Source of the DNA: Candidatus Thermosaccharophagus tengchongensis
GTDB taxonomy: Bacteria; Armatimonadota; Fervidibacteria; Fervidibacterales; Thermosaccharophagaceae
Length of the DNA: 64,000 nt
Assembly: GCA_032161105.1 (NCBI GenBank)
Contig: JAVHTD010000007.1
Direction: 5' to 3' (one strand)
Part shown: piece by piece, positions 1-9,562 of the stretch
Layout of the letters: each line of letters begins with the position of its first letter
Numbering within the stretch: position 1 is the stretch's first letter
The notes under the pieces: generated by a model
Seen by the model: only the letters and a program-made list of their open reading frames with translations
Databases searched by the model: none
Told to the model about the DNA's origin: nothing
Translations under genes and position numbers: made by a program

Positions 1-409
1 GTTCAGGACGGCGTTGCGATATCTCCCAATTCTGGCAATAGGCGCATTCAATGTTGCATCCGGCTGTGGCGATTGAAAATGAGAGTGACGCCGGAAGGAA
101 GTGAAAGAATGGCTTCTTCTCAATTGGGTCTATATGCACAGCGCATGGGTTTGAATAAACAAGCGTGTAGTAAACCCCATCGCGATTCTCGCGCACACCG
201 CAGAAGCCGCGTTCGCGGTCGTCCACAACGCACTTCCTTGGGCACAAATCACAGCGCACCTTCTTCAAATTGAGCTTCGTATACCACATGGCTTCCTTCA
301 AATCGCCTTCCCATTTCTCCCGATGGCTCTGTTGTCCTTGCACATTGGTGACAAAAATTGAGCACGCAATGCAGCCCATGAACTTGCGCCTGTTCAATTT
401 ATCGTTCAT
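1..409 (-). CDS. AmmeMemoRadiSam-system radical SAM enzyme with twin-arginine leader (partial, runs off the window start)
   Basis: Not in the ORF track. Manual translation from ATG at 409 (GAAGGGGTG upstream): MNDKLNRRKFMGC...VRCDLCPRKC...RGFCGVREN...DPIEKKPFFHFLP...ATAGCNIECAYCQNWEISQ; CxxxCxxC plus DPIEKKP motif. Confidence 0.88.
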   Translation of the reverse strand, partial: MNDKLNRRKFMGCIACSIFVTNVQGQQSHREKWEGDLKEAMWYTKLNLKKVRCDLCPRKCVVDDRERGFCGVRENRDGVYYTLVYSNPCAVHIDPIEKKPFFHFLPASLSFSIATAGCNIECAYCQNWEISQRRPE

Positions 410-899
410 CAGCGACACCCCTTCTTCGCTTCTTCATCATGTAATTATAAACTGCCTCATTGACGCTCATTCGCGTGTGAGGAACTGAGTAAGCGCATCC
501 GTAGTTGTGGGCATTGGTGCAGCAATGCGATAAATTTATTCTTGGCAACTGTGGCTTTGCAAGAGGTCAGCTTGCGTGCAGTCACTCTGAGTGGCACTTG
601 CAAGAGGTTGCAAGCGCCGAAGTTGTGTGAATGAACCTGTTGAAGCGATCGGGACTTACCAGGTGGATGAGTTCATGAGTTAGCTGCATCAGATAAGCTC
701 GGATGGCGTCCTGATGAGTCGCTGCCTTCGCACCATTTCAGCTCAATCACTGTCTGCGAACGATAAACTTAAAGCCTCAAAAGCTCACAAGGCATTTTGT
801 GAAGCGCAGTCGCTGCAAGTGGTTGACCTACTGTGTCAAACATGGCAAACTGAAGTGACGGTTTCTCAAGACTTCGCAAACGAGGGAGGGTGCAACGAT

Positions 900-1280
900 A
901 TGGGGCAGGCTAATGTTACGGACGAGGAGCGGCTTTGGGCGATGTTGGGACATTTGTTGGCACTGTTAGGCTATGTGGCTTGGATCGGCGCATACATTGC
1001 CCCTTTGGTCATCTACCTCGTTTACAAGGATAAATCGCAGTTTGTCGCTTTCCATGCATTGCAATCTCTCTTCTTCCAATTATCGCTACTTGTGGTCGGT
1101 GTAGTTTGCGCCTTGCTTATCCTGACTATTGTGTTTGCCTGCGTCGCTATCCCTTTACTCATTTTAGTTTCAGTTGGAGCGTTGGTTTACATCATCGTTG
1201 CCGCAATCAAAGCCTATAATGGAGAACTTTTTGAGTATTGGCTTGTGGGCAAATGGGCGAGGCAAATTGTGGGGATTTGA
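900..1280 (+). CDS. DUF4870 / Tic20-like small membrane protein
   Basis: ATG at 900 after GGAGGG; EERLWAMLGHL...FVAFHALQSL motif and three hydrophobic helices. Confidence 0.8.
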   Translation: MGQANVTDEERLWAMLGHLLALLGYVAWIGAYIAPLVIYLVYKDKSQFVAFHALQSLFFQLSLLVVGVVCALLILTIVFACVAIPLLILVSVGALVYIIVAAIKAYNGELFEYWLVGKWARQIVGI

Positions 1281-1361
1281 TCCCAATATGCTCGGGAAAT
1301 TGTGCCAAGTTTGGTTCCGTCAAGAGCCACCTTTTGATTCCGAACTCGGGGTGACCGAGGG

Positions 1362-2675
1362 GTGAGATGTGCATATCTTGCGTCAGCATTGCTCACTTTT
1401 GCGGAGTGCAGCATTGCCCTTGCCTTGCTGTTTGAGGATGTTCGGTTCCATCAGCTTGCAAATGGCGTTCGTGTCATCCTTGACATTGTCCCGCAAAGTG
1501 ATCTCACGGCGATTGGCGTGTGCGTTCGCGCTGGCTCAAAGGACGAACCTGAGGATGCTCAAGGTGTGGCGCACTTGGTTGAACACCTCATCTTTAAGCG
1601 TGCGGGCATGAATGGTGGCTCAGGCACCCAACTTGGTGCGTTATGCATGGTAGCTAATGCTGAGACATCGTTTGACTATACCGCATTTTATTGCGCCCTT
1701 CATCGGGATATGCTTTACAAAGTGCTGAAGTTAATGTGCTCGGCGATTTTCTCCCCAGAATTTGACCAAAGCTCTTTGGAACTTGAAAAGAAAATTATCA
1801 AGCTTGAGCTTGCACAACGCAGTGAGGATCCACTTGAGCTGGCAAAAGCTCTCTCACAGTGGCTGCTTTTTCGGTCACATCCCTATGCTCACCCATTTAG
1901 CGATAGCGTTTGGAATGCTGAGCGCCTAACATTAAGCAAAGTGCTTCAATTCCATAGAGCAAACTACCTTCCTCAGAACATAACAGTGATATGTAGCGGT
2001 TCGTTTGACGAGCTGGCTGTTTTAAGGGAGATTATGGGGACATTTGGGGCTTTTAATCCTCCGTTAGTGAAATTTACCTCTCCTCCGACTCTGCGAGATA
2101 CTACTCGGGTGCCGGAGAATTCGCTCATTTTTGGGATTGAAATGCCCTTTAATGCCGTTTCAATGTCATTTCTCGCGCCGGGGGCAAGTGAACCAGAGGC
2201 ATTTGTAGCCGGTGAAGTTATAGCCAATTGCATTGGCGACCCGAATGTCGGAGAATTGGCAAGGTTTTTGGAAAAATATCCGAAAATTCCCGTGACCAGA
2301 TTCAGCGTATCCTTTGCCCCAAGAAGAAATCAATCTGCCCTTTCAATAAACTTGCTTTTGAGGGAAGGAAAGCATTCTGAAGTTGAGAGAGCAGTTCTGG
2401 ACTTGCTCAATTCATTCAAGAAAAATGGCATAAGTGGTGACGAACTTCTTAAATTTAAACGCTTGACCGAATTGCGTTTTAGGAAGCGTTGCAGTGATGT
2501 CCTCGGAAGAGTCAAAGTGCTTGCGGAAGCCGAGGGAATTGGGACATACAAAATTGCCACTAATTACATCAATTTTATTGAAAATTTGAGTAACGAGCAA
2601 TTCTTGGGCATCTTAAGGCGCATTTTTAGTCCAAACGGTTATGCAGTTGCAGCCATTTGCCAAAAAGCAAGATGA
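1362..2675 (+). CDS. M16 family (insulinase-like) zinc peptidase
   Basis: LANGVRV...AGSKDE...GVAHLVEHLIFK inverted HxxEH motif; NAETSFDYT; start uncertain. Confidence 0.8.
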   Translation: MRCAYLASALLTFAECSIALALLFEDVRFHQLANGVRVILDIVPQSDLTAIGVCVRAGSKDEPEDAQGVAHLVEHLIFKRAGMNGGSGTQLGALCMVANAETSFDYTAFYCALHRDMLYKVLKLMCSAIFSPEFDQSSLELEKKIIKLELAQRSEDPLELAKALSQWLLFRSHPYAHPFSDSVWNAERLTLSKVLQFHRANYLPQNITVICSGSFDELAVLREIMGTFGAFNPPLVKFTSPPTLRDTTRVPENSLIFGIEMPFNAVSMSFLAPGASEPEAFVAGEVIANCIGDPNVGELARFLEKYPKIPVTRFSVSFAPRRNQSALSINLLLREGKHSEVERAVLDLLNSFKKNGISGDELLKFKRLTELRFRKRCSDVLGRVKVLAEAEGIGTYKIATNYINFIENLSNEQFLGILRRIFSPNGYAVAAICQKAR

Positions 2676-2778
2676 ATATTTTTGGACAAATATTTGCCCC
2701 TAAAATTTTACAAATCTCCGTTTTGTGTTCAAATAAAATGCAAAATGTTGAACAAATTCGTGGCTGGGGTGATTGAAA

Positions 2779-3627
2779 ATGGCACGATGGTTAAAGTGCG
2801 GGCATTATACGATACCAATTGGGGAGAGAACGCTAATAATGGGCATACTTAATGTCACACCAGATTCATTCTCTGGAGATGGTATCTATGGGGATGTTCA
2901 AACTGCAGTTGATAAGGCAATGCGCATGGTAGAGGAGGGTGCCGATATCATAGATGTTGGTGGTGAGTCAACTCGTCCCGGCTCTATCCCTGTGCCAGTT
3001 GATGAGGAATTGAGGAGGGTAATCCCGGTAATTGAGCGGCTTGCTGATAAGGTTGAAATTCCAATCTCAATTGACACATATAAGCCACAGGTAGCTAAAG
3101 CTGCGATTGAGGCTGGTGCATGCATCGTCAACGACATTTATGGCTTGCGCAACAAGGGGTTAAACGAGGGAATGTTGCAAGTTATAGCCGATTATAAGCC
3201 GGCAGTGGTCATAATGCATATGCAAGGGACACCACAAACGATGCAGATAAACCCGAGATATGACGACTGCGTGAGGGAGATAAAGTCATTTCTTGAAACT
3301 CAAGCCAAAAAGGCAATGGAAGTCGGGCTTGAAAGGGAGCAAATCATTATTGACCCCGGGATCGGGTTTGGGAAGCTACTTGAGCATAATCTTGAAATAT
3401 TGCGCCGCTTGAGTGAGTTTAAGGGGCTTGGCTTTCCGGTGCTTGTTGGGACTTCGCGCAAGTCGTTTATAGGACAGGTGCTCAATTTGCCAGTTGAAAA
3501 GCGAATTTGGGGCACTGCTGCATCAGTGGCAGTTGCGATAGCAAATGGTGCTGACATTGTTCGGGTTCACGATGTGGCGGAAATGGTGCAGGTGGTGAGG
3601 GTCGCCGATGCGATTGTTAGGTCTTGA
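2779..3627 (+). CDS. folP: Dihydropteroate synthase
   Basis: IMGILNVTPDSFSGDG, GGESTRPG, DPGIGFGK, SRKSF, IVRVHDV motifs. Confidence 0.96.
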   Translation: MARWLKCGHYTIPIGERTLIMGILNVTPDSFSGDGIYGDVQTAVDKAMRMVEEGADIIDVGGESTRPGSIPVPVDEELRRVIPVIERLADKVEIPISIDTYKPQVAKAAIEAGACIVNDIYGLRNKGLNEGMLQVIADYKPAVVIMHMQGTPQTMQINPRYDDCVREIKSFLETQAKKAMEVGLEREQIIIDPGIGFGKLLEHNLEILRRLSEFKGLGFPVLVGTSRKSFIGQVLNLPVEKRIWGTAASVAVAIANGADIVRVHDVAEMVQVVRVADAIVRS

Positions 3628-3735
3628 GCATAATATACGCTACTGTAATGCATTTGAAGAATTTTTGGCAATATTTTGGGAAAGATGCCAAAATTTGTGC
3701 ATACATGGAGATGTTTAGCATTTCATTGTCATGGG

Positions 3736-3791
3736 TATAATGGTAATGGCGCTTGCACCTTCACAAACCTCAGGCTGAGGAGGTGATTGAG
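3736..3791 (+). promoter_or_regulatory. Putative -10 box (TATAAT) and SD-occluding 5' UTR hairpin of hsp20
   Basis: TATAAT at 3736-3741; CACCT (3756-60) pairs with AGGTG (3781-85) and CCTCA (3768-72) pairs with TGAGG (3776-80), covering the SD GAGGAGGTG. Confidence 0.5.
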
Positions 3792-4238
3792 ATGGCGAGG
3801 CGGATAACTGACATAGTGAGACTCTCCAACAGGATTGACCGGATGATTGACCGCTTGTTTGGACATTGGCTTGATAGATGGTTGGAGATGGCACCCGAAT
3901 TAGAGCTTGAGCATGTGCCACCCCTTGACCTTGCGGAGACAGACGATTCATACATTGCAAGGGTTGAAATACCCGGCGTCCGCAAGGACGACATTGAAGT
4001 CACCCTTCGAGGCAGGCGCCTGATAATACGAGGGAAGAAGCAGCGCGAGGAGCGTGAGGAGGGAGAGGGACTTATCCGAGTTGAGCGCTACCATGGCGAG
4101 TTCAGGAGGATAGTTACACTGCCCAGCGAAGTAGATGCTGATAATGCAAGTGCAACATACAAAGATGGTGTTCTTGAGATCCGGTTGCCAAAAATTGAGA
4201 AGGAAAAAGGGAAGCGCATAGAGATAAAGGCGGTGTAA
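3792..4238 (+). CDS. Hsp20/alpha-crystallin small heat shock protein
   Basis: PPLDLAET...EIPGV...ERYHGEFRR...ATYKDGVLEIRLPK...IEI; strong SD before ATG at 3792. Confidence 0.93.
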   Translation: MARRITDIVRLSNRIDRMIDRLFGHWLDRWLEMAPELELEHVPPLDLAETDDSYIARVEIPGVRKDDIEVTLRGRRLIIRGKKQREEREEGEGLIRVERYHGEFRRIVTLPSEVDADNASATYKDGVLEIRLPKIEKEKGKRIEIKAV

Positions 4239-4252
4239 GGGCGCATGCGGCA

Positions 4253-4283
4253 TGCGTCCCCGCCAATCCTTGGCGGGGACGCA
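4253..4283. repeat. Perfect 14-bp GC-rich inverted repeat between the hsp20 genes
   Basis: TGCGTCCCCGCCAA-TCC-TTGGCGGGGACGCA; followed by an A-run, so it lacks a canonical U-tail on either strand. Confidence 0.75.
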
Positions 4284-4343
4284 AAAACAAAACTAAGGCA
4301 CACAATCGTGAATTCCTGACGCTGAGGCAAGGAGGTGAGGCAT

Positions 4344-4787
4344 ATGGAGATTAGGCGCTGGAGACCATTCGCAGAACTTGAGAATCTCAGGCGAGAGTTT
4401 GACCGCATCTTCCGTGAGGCATTCAGGGAATTCTGGGGTGAGGAGCCGATAAGGCGCGGCGCTTGGGTGCCACCGGTGGATGTATGTGAGACCGAAAACG
4501 AGGTTATTGTGGCAGTAGAGTTGCCCGGGGTCAAAAAGGACGATGTCACAATTGAGTTGACGGATGATGTGCTCACGATTCGCGGGAAGAGGGAGCGTGA
4601 GCAAAGAGAAGGCGAGACCTATCACCTTATTGAGAGGGCATATGGTGAATTTGAGCGCCGCTTCAGCCTCGGCGTGCCAATTGACCGTGAACGCGTTGAG
4701 GCGGTTTTCAAGGACGGAGTGTTGACGATAAGGTTGCCGAAGGCTGAAGAGGTGCGCCCGCGCCGCGTGGAAATCAAGGTTGAGTAA
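4344..4787 (+). CDS. Hsp20/alpha-crystallin small heat shock protein
   Basis: WRPF...WVPPVDVCET...ELPGV...ERAYGEFERRF...FKDGVLTIRLPK; SD AAGGAGGTG before ATG at 4344. Confidence 0.95.
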   Translation: MEIRRWRPFAELENLRREFDRIFREAFREFWGEEPIRRGAWVPPVDVCETENEVIVAVELPGVKKDDVTIELTDDVLTIRGKREREQREGETYHLIERAYGEFERRFSLGVPIDRERVEAVFKDGVLTIRLPKAEEVRPRRVEIKVE

Positions 4788-4829
4788 GCGAGGTTTAACC
4801 GATATTGCCTGAATGCCTCACGGAGTGCA

Positions 4830-4859
4830 AAGGGGGCATGCCATCTGGCATGCCCCCTT
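4830..4859. terminator. Probable bidirectional terminator between convergent hsp20 and secF
   Basis: AAGGGGGCATGCC-ATCT-GGCATGCCCCCTT hairpin. Confidence 0.65.
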
Positions 4860-4916
4860 CTCATATGATGCCAATCATCGGCATGGATGCACACGCCGCC
4901 ATGAAGAAAATTCCAA

Positions 4917-6068
4917 TTAATGCCTCCTTTTCTTCCTCTTTTTCCTCCTCCTCTTGGCGTGCTGTGCAGTTAAAAGCGCATCCAGCGATGGTGATGTGGA
5001 TACGGCGATTGGTGCTGTTTCACCGCCCTCTTCATCCGGTGTGGAAGATGGCTGTGCTGCCTGAACTGGTTGAGGTGGTGTGGCAGATGGTTTTACAGCT
5101 GGGCGAACGACTTTAGCCACCTCTTTACCCAGCAACCTGCGCAAGATGATGACCACAGGCGTAGCTATAAAAATGGACGAATATCCTCCGGAAGTGATGC
5201 CAATTAACAATGGGAGCGCAAAATCCCTTGCGGCAATCCCGCCAAAGAGAAGTATCACCCAGAGCGGGAATTCGGTGGTTAAGAGTGTGTTTATGCAGCG
5301 AGCCATCGTCTCAATTATGCTGAGGTTGGCTACCTCGTAAAATGTCCATTCCCTGTATCGCTTCATATTTTCGCGAATCCGGTCAAAAATTATGACAGTG
5401 TCGTTGACTGAGTAACCGACAACGGTGAGCAGAACTGCAACGAATGGGCTGTTGATCATGATATGTGTGAAGGAGACAAAAGCAAGCACTGCAAGGACAT
5501 CATGAATTAGCGCAATTATGGCGGCTATAGCGAAAATTGGGTCATAACGCACCCAGATGTAGATGAGTATTCCGAGCAAGCCAAGCACAGTTGCCTTAAT
5601 TGCATTGGATTTCAACTCACGCCCGATGACCGGTCCGATCATCTCCATGCTCTCTTGCCTGACTCCCTTGAACATCCGCTCCATGACACGGTTGACAGTT
5701 TGCTCATGTTCTTTTGCTTGCTCCTCGTCTTTTGCCTGCGTGCGAATAGAAATTACATCGCCCTCCGAAACTTGGATAACTGTGCCATGCAAGCCCGCTT
5801 TGGCGAGTTCGGAGCGTATTTTTGCAGAGAGCCTCCTCTCTGCAGCAGCACCAATGGCTACTTTCCCGGGCAATTTGTAGGTAAATTCGGCACCGCCGGT
5901 GAAGTCCAAGCCGAAGTTTATCCATCCCGGAGTTAGCCCATGTGTCCACTGTGGCGGTATCATCCCAACAATGCCAAGAAGCATAACAATTCCACCGATT
6001 GTAAGCCATAGGCTGCTTTTCCCGGCAATGTCAATCCTTAGCGCAACTGACGCCTCTCTCCCCTTCAT
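4917..6068 (-). CDS. secF: Protein translocase subunit SecF
   Basis: GLDFTGG, IGPVIGREL, GYSVNDTVIIFDRIREN motifs; basic C-terminal tail. Confidence 0.96.
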   Translation of the reverse strand: MKGREASVALRIDIAGKSSLWLTIGGIVMLLGIVGMIPPQWTHGLTPGWINFGLDFTGGAEFTYKLPGKVAIGAAAERRLSAKIRSELAKAGLHGTVIQVSEGDVISIRTQAKDEEQAKEHEQTVNRVMERMFKGVRQESMEMIGPVIGRELKSNAIKATVLGLLGILIYIWVRYDPIFAIAAIIALIHDVLAVLAFVSFTHIMINSPFVAVLLTVVGYSVNDTVIIFDRIRENMKRYREWTFYEVANLSIIETMARCINTLLTTEFPLWVILLFGGIAARDFALPLLIGITSGGYSSIFIATPVVIILRRLLGKEVAKVVRPAVKPSATPPQPVQAAQPSSTPDEEGGETAPIAVSTSPSLDALLTAQHAKRRRKKRKKRRH

Positions 6069-6098
6069 GATGAGGTTTTCCCTCCTATCATCATGTGC

Positions 6099-8063
6099 TT
6101 AAGACTTGCTTCGGGCAACTTCATCAAGTCTTAAGACTTTTCTCACCCTTGGGTTGTCGGCTATAGTCAGGAACAAGTCACTCCTTTTTGCAGCGGATGT
6201 GTATGTGGCGCCTTCAAGCATTGCCTTAGTTGCAACAATGGCGCTAAACATGCTCGCAGCCACGCCTATGCCAAGCGTCAGCGCGAAGCCTTTCACAGGT
6301 CCAGTGCCAAAGTTATACAGAAAAACGCACGCAATCAATGTCGTCACATTGGCATCAAGGATGGCAGTCCATGCCCTATTAAATGCCACTTCAATCGCTG
6401 TGTGCAGTGTCCTTCCGGAGCGTAACTCCTCTTTCAGGCGCTCAAAAATGATGATGTTAGCATCAACAGCCATCCCAAGTGAGAGTAGGAAGCCGATTAC
6501 ACCGGGCAATGTTAATGTGGGTCGCCAACCGGCTATCGGCGCCGAGAATGCCGCAAGTATTAGCAGCCCGTAGAGCCCTAAGGCAATACAGGCAATCATC
6601 CCCGGAAGCCTGTAGTAAGCGACCATGAAAACCACGATCATGATTAGCCCGAGCACCCCAGCAATTGTTGACTTGTGAATGACATCCCTTCCGAGAGTTG
6701 GAGATACAGTCCGATTCCACACGACTGACACGGGCACAGGTAACGAACCAGCATCAAGGAGCACTTTCAAATTGCGCGCCTCCTCAAATGTGAATCTGCC
6801 GGTGATAATGCCGTGAGTGCTTATTCGGTCTCGTATGACCGGTGCGCTGATGCATTCTCTGTCAAACCATATCGCCAAATGCCTCCCGATGTTCCTTCCC
6901 GTCTCATATGCGAACTTCTTTGAGCTTGCCTTTTGCAAGGTGAACGCAACAGCTGGGCGATTCATCTCATCGTATGTGACTCTGCAAGGCGGTTTTAAGT
7001 CCTTGCCGGTTATCACGGTTCTTGACTCAAGGTAAACCTGCATTGGCGGTATCGTCTTACCCTGCTCATCCCTGAAGACGGTTTTACCGCCCTCTTCGCT
7101 CACCTTGTATTTCGTCGGGACAAGTTTCAGTTCAAGGACAGCAGTCCGCCCTATGAGCTTTATTGCCTCAGCGGCGTGCCTCACCCCCGGAAGCTCAACA
7201 ACTACCTTATCCTCGCCATGCCTGTAAATCTGCGCCTCTGCAACACCGTATCTGTCAATGCGCCTTCGTATAATCTCAATCACCGTGTCAACGACATCGG
7301 GCGAGAACGGATATAACTTCGGCTTAGCAGCTTCTCTCACATCACCAAGCACTTGCCTCAGTGCCGCTCCAATTAACCTTTCTTGGCGGTTTAACTCGCT
7401 TTTGCTTTTGGCTTGCGTCAGCACTGTTATGAACTGACCAGTTGCCTCATCAATTGCGAGCTCAAACTCATCAAGTCCCTTTTCCCTGAGAGCCGCAATT
7501 AGCTTGTGGCGGACCGGTATGCGCTTCTCTGGCTCCTTACCTATTGGTTGCGCAAGCTTGTATTGGAACTCAGCGCGCTTGCATTGAAGGACAACCCTTG
7601 CACCACCTTGAAGGTCAAGTCCGAGATTCAGTTTTGGCTTGGGCACAAGTATGTTAACCACACCGAGTTTGAGGAGTGGGCGCATACCGACTTCCCTTTG
7701 GCTGCCCTCAATCAAATGCGCCTTGGGAAATTTCTTCTCCATGAGCTTCAGGATGCGCTCACGCATCTTCAACGCACCGCCTTTGCTTTCAGCCTCTCCC
7801 CTCACTACAAGGATATGCTCGCCAACGAGTTCGGCATCCGTCATCTCAAGCTTCGCATTCATGAGCGCATCCTCAACGGCTTGGTCAAATGCCTGTCCCT
7901 TCGGAGCAAGCTTTGACGCCGGCTCTTCAAGCTCAAAACGCATCGTCAGCTCAACCCTGTATTCCTCAACATGCCCAATGCGTATTGGGCGGAAGGAGAT
8001 GAAGAAGGCAGCGAGCACCACACCGGCAACGAGCGCAAGCCGTTGCTTAACCCTCCTCGGCAT
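6099..8063 (-). CDS. secD: Protein translocase subunit SecD
   Basis: LGLDLQGG, IRRRIDRYGVAE, GSLPVP, GMAVDANIIIFERLKEE; start at 8063 or 8087. Confidence 0.96.
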   Translation of the reverse strand: MPRRVKQRLALVAGVVLAAFFISFRPIRIGHVEEYRVELTMRFELEEPASKLAPKGQAFDQAVEDALMNAKLEMTDAELVGEHILVVRGEAESKGGALKMRERILKLMEKKFPKAHLIEGSQREVGMRPLLKLGVVNILVPKPKLNLGLDLQGGARVVLQCKRAEFQYKLAQPIGKEPEKRIPVRHKLIAALREKGLDEFELAIDEATGQFITVLTQAKSKSELNRQERLIGAALRQVLGDVREAAKPKLYPFSPDVVDTVIEIIRRRIDRYGVAEAQIYRHGEDKVVVELPGVRHAAEAIKLIGRTAVLELKLVPTKYKVSEEGGKTVFRDEQGKTIPPMQVYLESRTVITGKDLKPPCRVTYDEMNRPAVAFTLQKASSKKFAYETGRNIGRHLAIWFDRECISAPVIRDRISTHGIITGRFTFEEARNLKVLLDAGSLPVPVSVVWNRTVSPTLGRDVIHKSTIAGVLGLIMIVVFMVAYYRLPGMIACIALGLYGLLILAAFSAPIAGWRPTLTLPGVIGFLLSLGMAVDANIIIFERLKEELRSGRTLHTAIEVAFNRAWTAILDANVTTLIACVFLYNFGTGPVKGFALTLGIGVAASMFSAIVATKAMLEGATYTSAAKRSDLFLTIADNPRVRKVLRLDEVARSKS

Positions 8064-8346
8064 AAGTGCTTCACCTCGGTTGTTCATGTTGTAGCTTTAT
8101 CGCCAATTGCATCATCATAAATCTCATGGCGGGGGTAAGCCAACTTGCGGGTTGGTCACCCACAGTTCACGCCGATCATGCCAATCCAATCTCACATCTG
8201 GCGGCGTCATCAAAATCATCATGCTGGGCAAACTTGTGTCGGCGTAAAACCACCTACATTGTAGCGCGCAATATTTCACTGAGGTTTCTCCTGCTGGCGG
8301 TGACGGCGACTAATTGAGATTGATTGAGTGAGGAGTGGAGTGGGAT

Positions 8347-9486
8347 ATGAGTCAAGTGAGCAATCGCATGCTTGATGAAAGCGAGAATGGCGAGGATGTT
8401 CACTGGATGCGTTTAGCCATCAAGCTTGCGAGGAGGATGAAGGGGCAAACATCACCCAATCCGTGCGTTGGTGCTGTGCTGGTGAAAGAAGGGAGATTGA
8501 TTTCCAGCGGTTATCACGAGGGCGCTGGCACGCCGCATGCCGAAGTGGTGGCGCTCAAGAATGCCGGGGAGAATGCGAAGGGTTGCACACTTTATGTCAC
8601 GCTTGAACCATGCTGCCACTACGGGCGCACGCCACCGTGCACGGATGCAATAATAGCTGCGGGCGTAAAGCGAGTTGTGGCTGCAACGCTTGACCCAAAT
8701 CCATTGGTTAATGGGAATGGCGTAAGGAAGCTGCTTGAAGCCGGAATTGAGGTCAAAGTTGGCGTCGTTGAAGATGAGGCAAAGAAGCTCATTGAGGACT
8801 TCGCAAAATACATCGCAACAAAGGTCCCATTTGTCACGCTCAAGCTTGCATCAAGCCTTGACGGGAAGATTGCCACAAAGCTCGGTGAGTCTCGTTGGAT
8901 AACATCAGAGCGGTCAAGACGCATTGCACAAAAGCTGCGAAGAGAGCACGCTGCTGTTCTGGTCGGAATCAACACAGTGTTAGCCGATGACCCACTCCTT
9001 CTGGTCAGGTCTAAAGGTGTTCGCCGCCAGCCAATACGGGTTGTCGTGGACAGCAAAGCGAGGCTGCCAACATCAAGTGCGCTGTGCAGGACGCTGAGTC
9101 AAGCGCCACTGTGGCTCGCCACAACGAAGCATGCCGACGCTGAGCGATTAGCTGAGCTTGAAACTCTGGGTGTGCGCACGCTCATCGTGGACGATGCCAA
9201 TGGGAGGGTTGATTTGAGGAGCCTGATGAGGAAACTTGGTGAGCTTGAGGTCATGAGCGTGCTGATTGAGGGAGGCGGCGAAATAGCTTGGTCGGCGTTG
9301 AAGGATGGCATAGTTGATAGGGTTGTGTGGTTCATAGCGCCGATGATCATTGGCGGTAGGGATGCAAAGGATGCGGTTGCCGGTGAGGGCGTTGAGAGGC
9401 TCTCAGAGGCTTTCAAGCTGTGCGATATCAAGGTGAGGCGCATTGGCAGCGACCTGATGATTGAAGGCAGATTGCATCGCGGCTGA
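8347..9486 (+). CDS. ribD: Bifunctional riboflavin pyrimidine deaminase/reductase
   Basis: PNPCVGAV, HAE, TLEPCCHYGRTPPC, SLDGKIA, EGGG motifs; start at 8335 or 8347. Confidence 0.96.
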   Translation: MSQVSNRMLDESENGEDVHWMRLAIKLARRMKGQTSPNPCVGAVLVKEGRLISSGYHEGAGTPHAEVVALKNAGENAKGCTLYVTLEPCCHYGRTPPCTDAIIAAGVKRVVAATLDPNPLVNGNGVRKLLEAGIEVKVGVVEDEAKKLIEDFAKYIATKVPFVTLKLASSLDGKIATKLGESRWITSERSRRIAQKLRREHAAVLVGINTVLADDPLLLVRSKGVRRQPIRVVVDSKARLPTSSALCRTLSQAPLWLATTKHADAERLAELETLGVRTLIVDDANGRVDLRSLMRKLGELEVMSVLIEGGGEIAWSALKDGIVDRVVWFIAPMIIGGRDAKDAVAGEGVERLSEAFKLCDIKVRRIGSDLMIEGRLHRG

Positions 9487-9562
9487 GCGGGCAAAACATT
9501 GCGTGCCGAATCATTGGCAGCTTGCTAACGGTATGCAAACTTCATCCGGGGGTAGTTGGAAA

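Noticed and set aside
88..104. CCGGAAGGAAG resembling the SRP RNA loop
   Set aside because: It lies within the radical SAM coding sequence on the opposite strand and lacks the flanking SRP helix.
706..730. CTGATGAG hammerhead ribozyme core
   Set aside because: No correctly placed GAAA or stem II/III follows.
714..899. N-terminal extensions in the ORF track (also for ribE, fur, ispH, lpxB and the PP-loop gene)
   Set aside because: Family-typical N-termini or SD positions support downstream starts.
3715..3741. Possible CIRCE (HrcA) operator upstream of hsp20 (TTAGCATTT-N9-GGGTATAAT)
   Set aside because: The left arm matches 7/9 but the right arm only about 4/9 of GAGTGCTAA; it is better explained as a -10 box.
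4276..4300. GGGACGCAAA resembling the c-di-GMP-I riboswitch core
   Set aside because: The upstream GGCAAA and GNRA stem are missing; the motif is just the 3' arm of a perfect hairpin.
4917..4960. Poly-basic SecF tail (KRRRKKRKKRRH) and the matching TTTTCCTC-like repeats
   Set aside because: Low-complexity coding sequence; basic tails are known on SecF proteins, so it is not a separate element.
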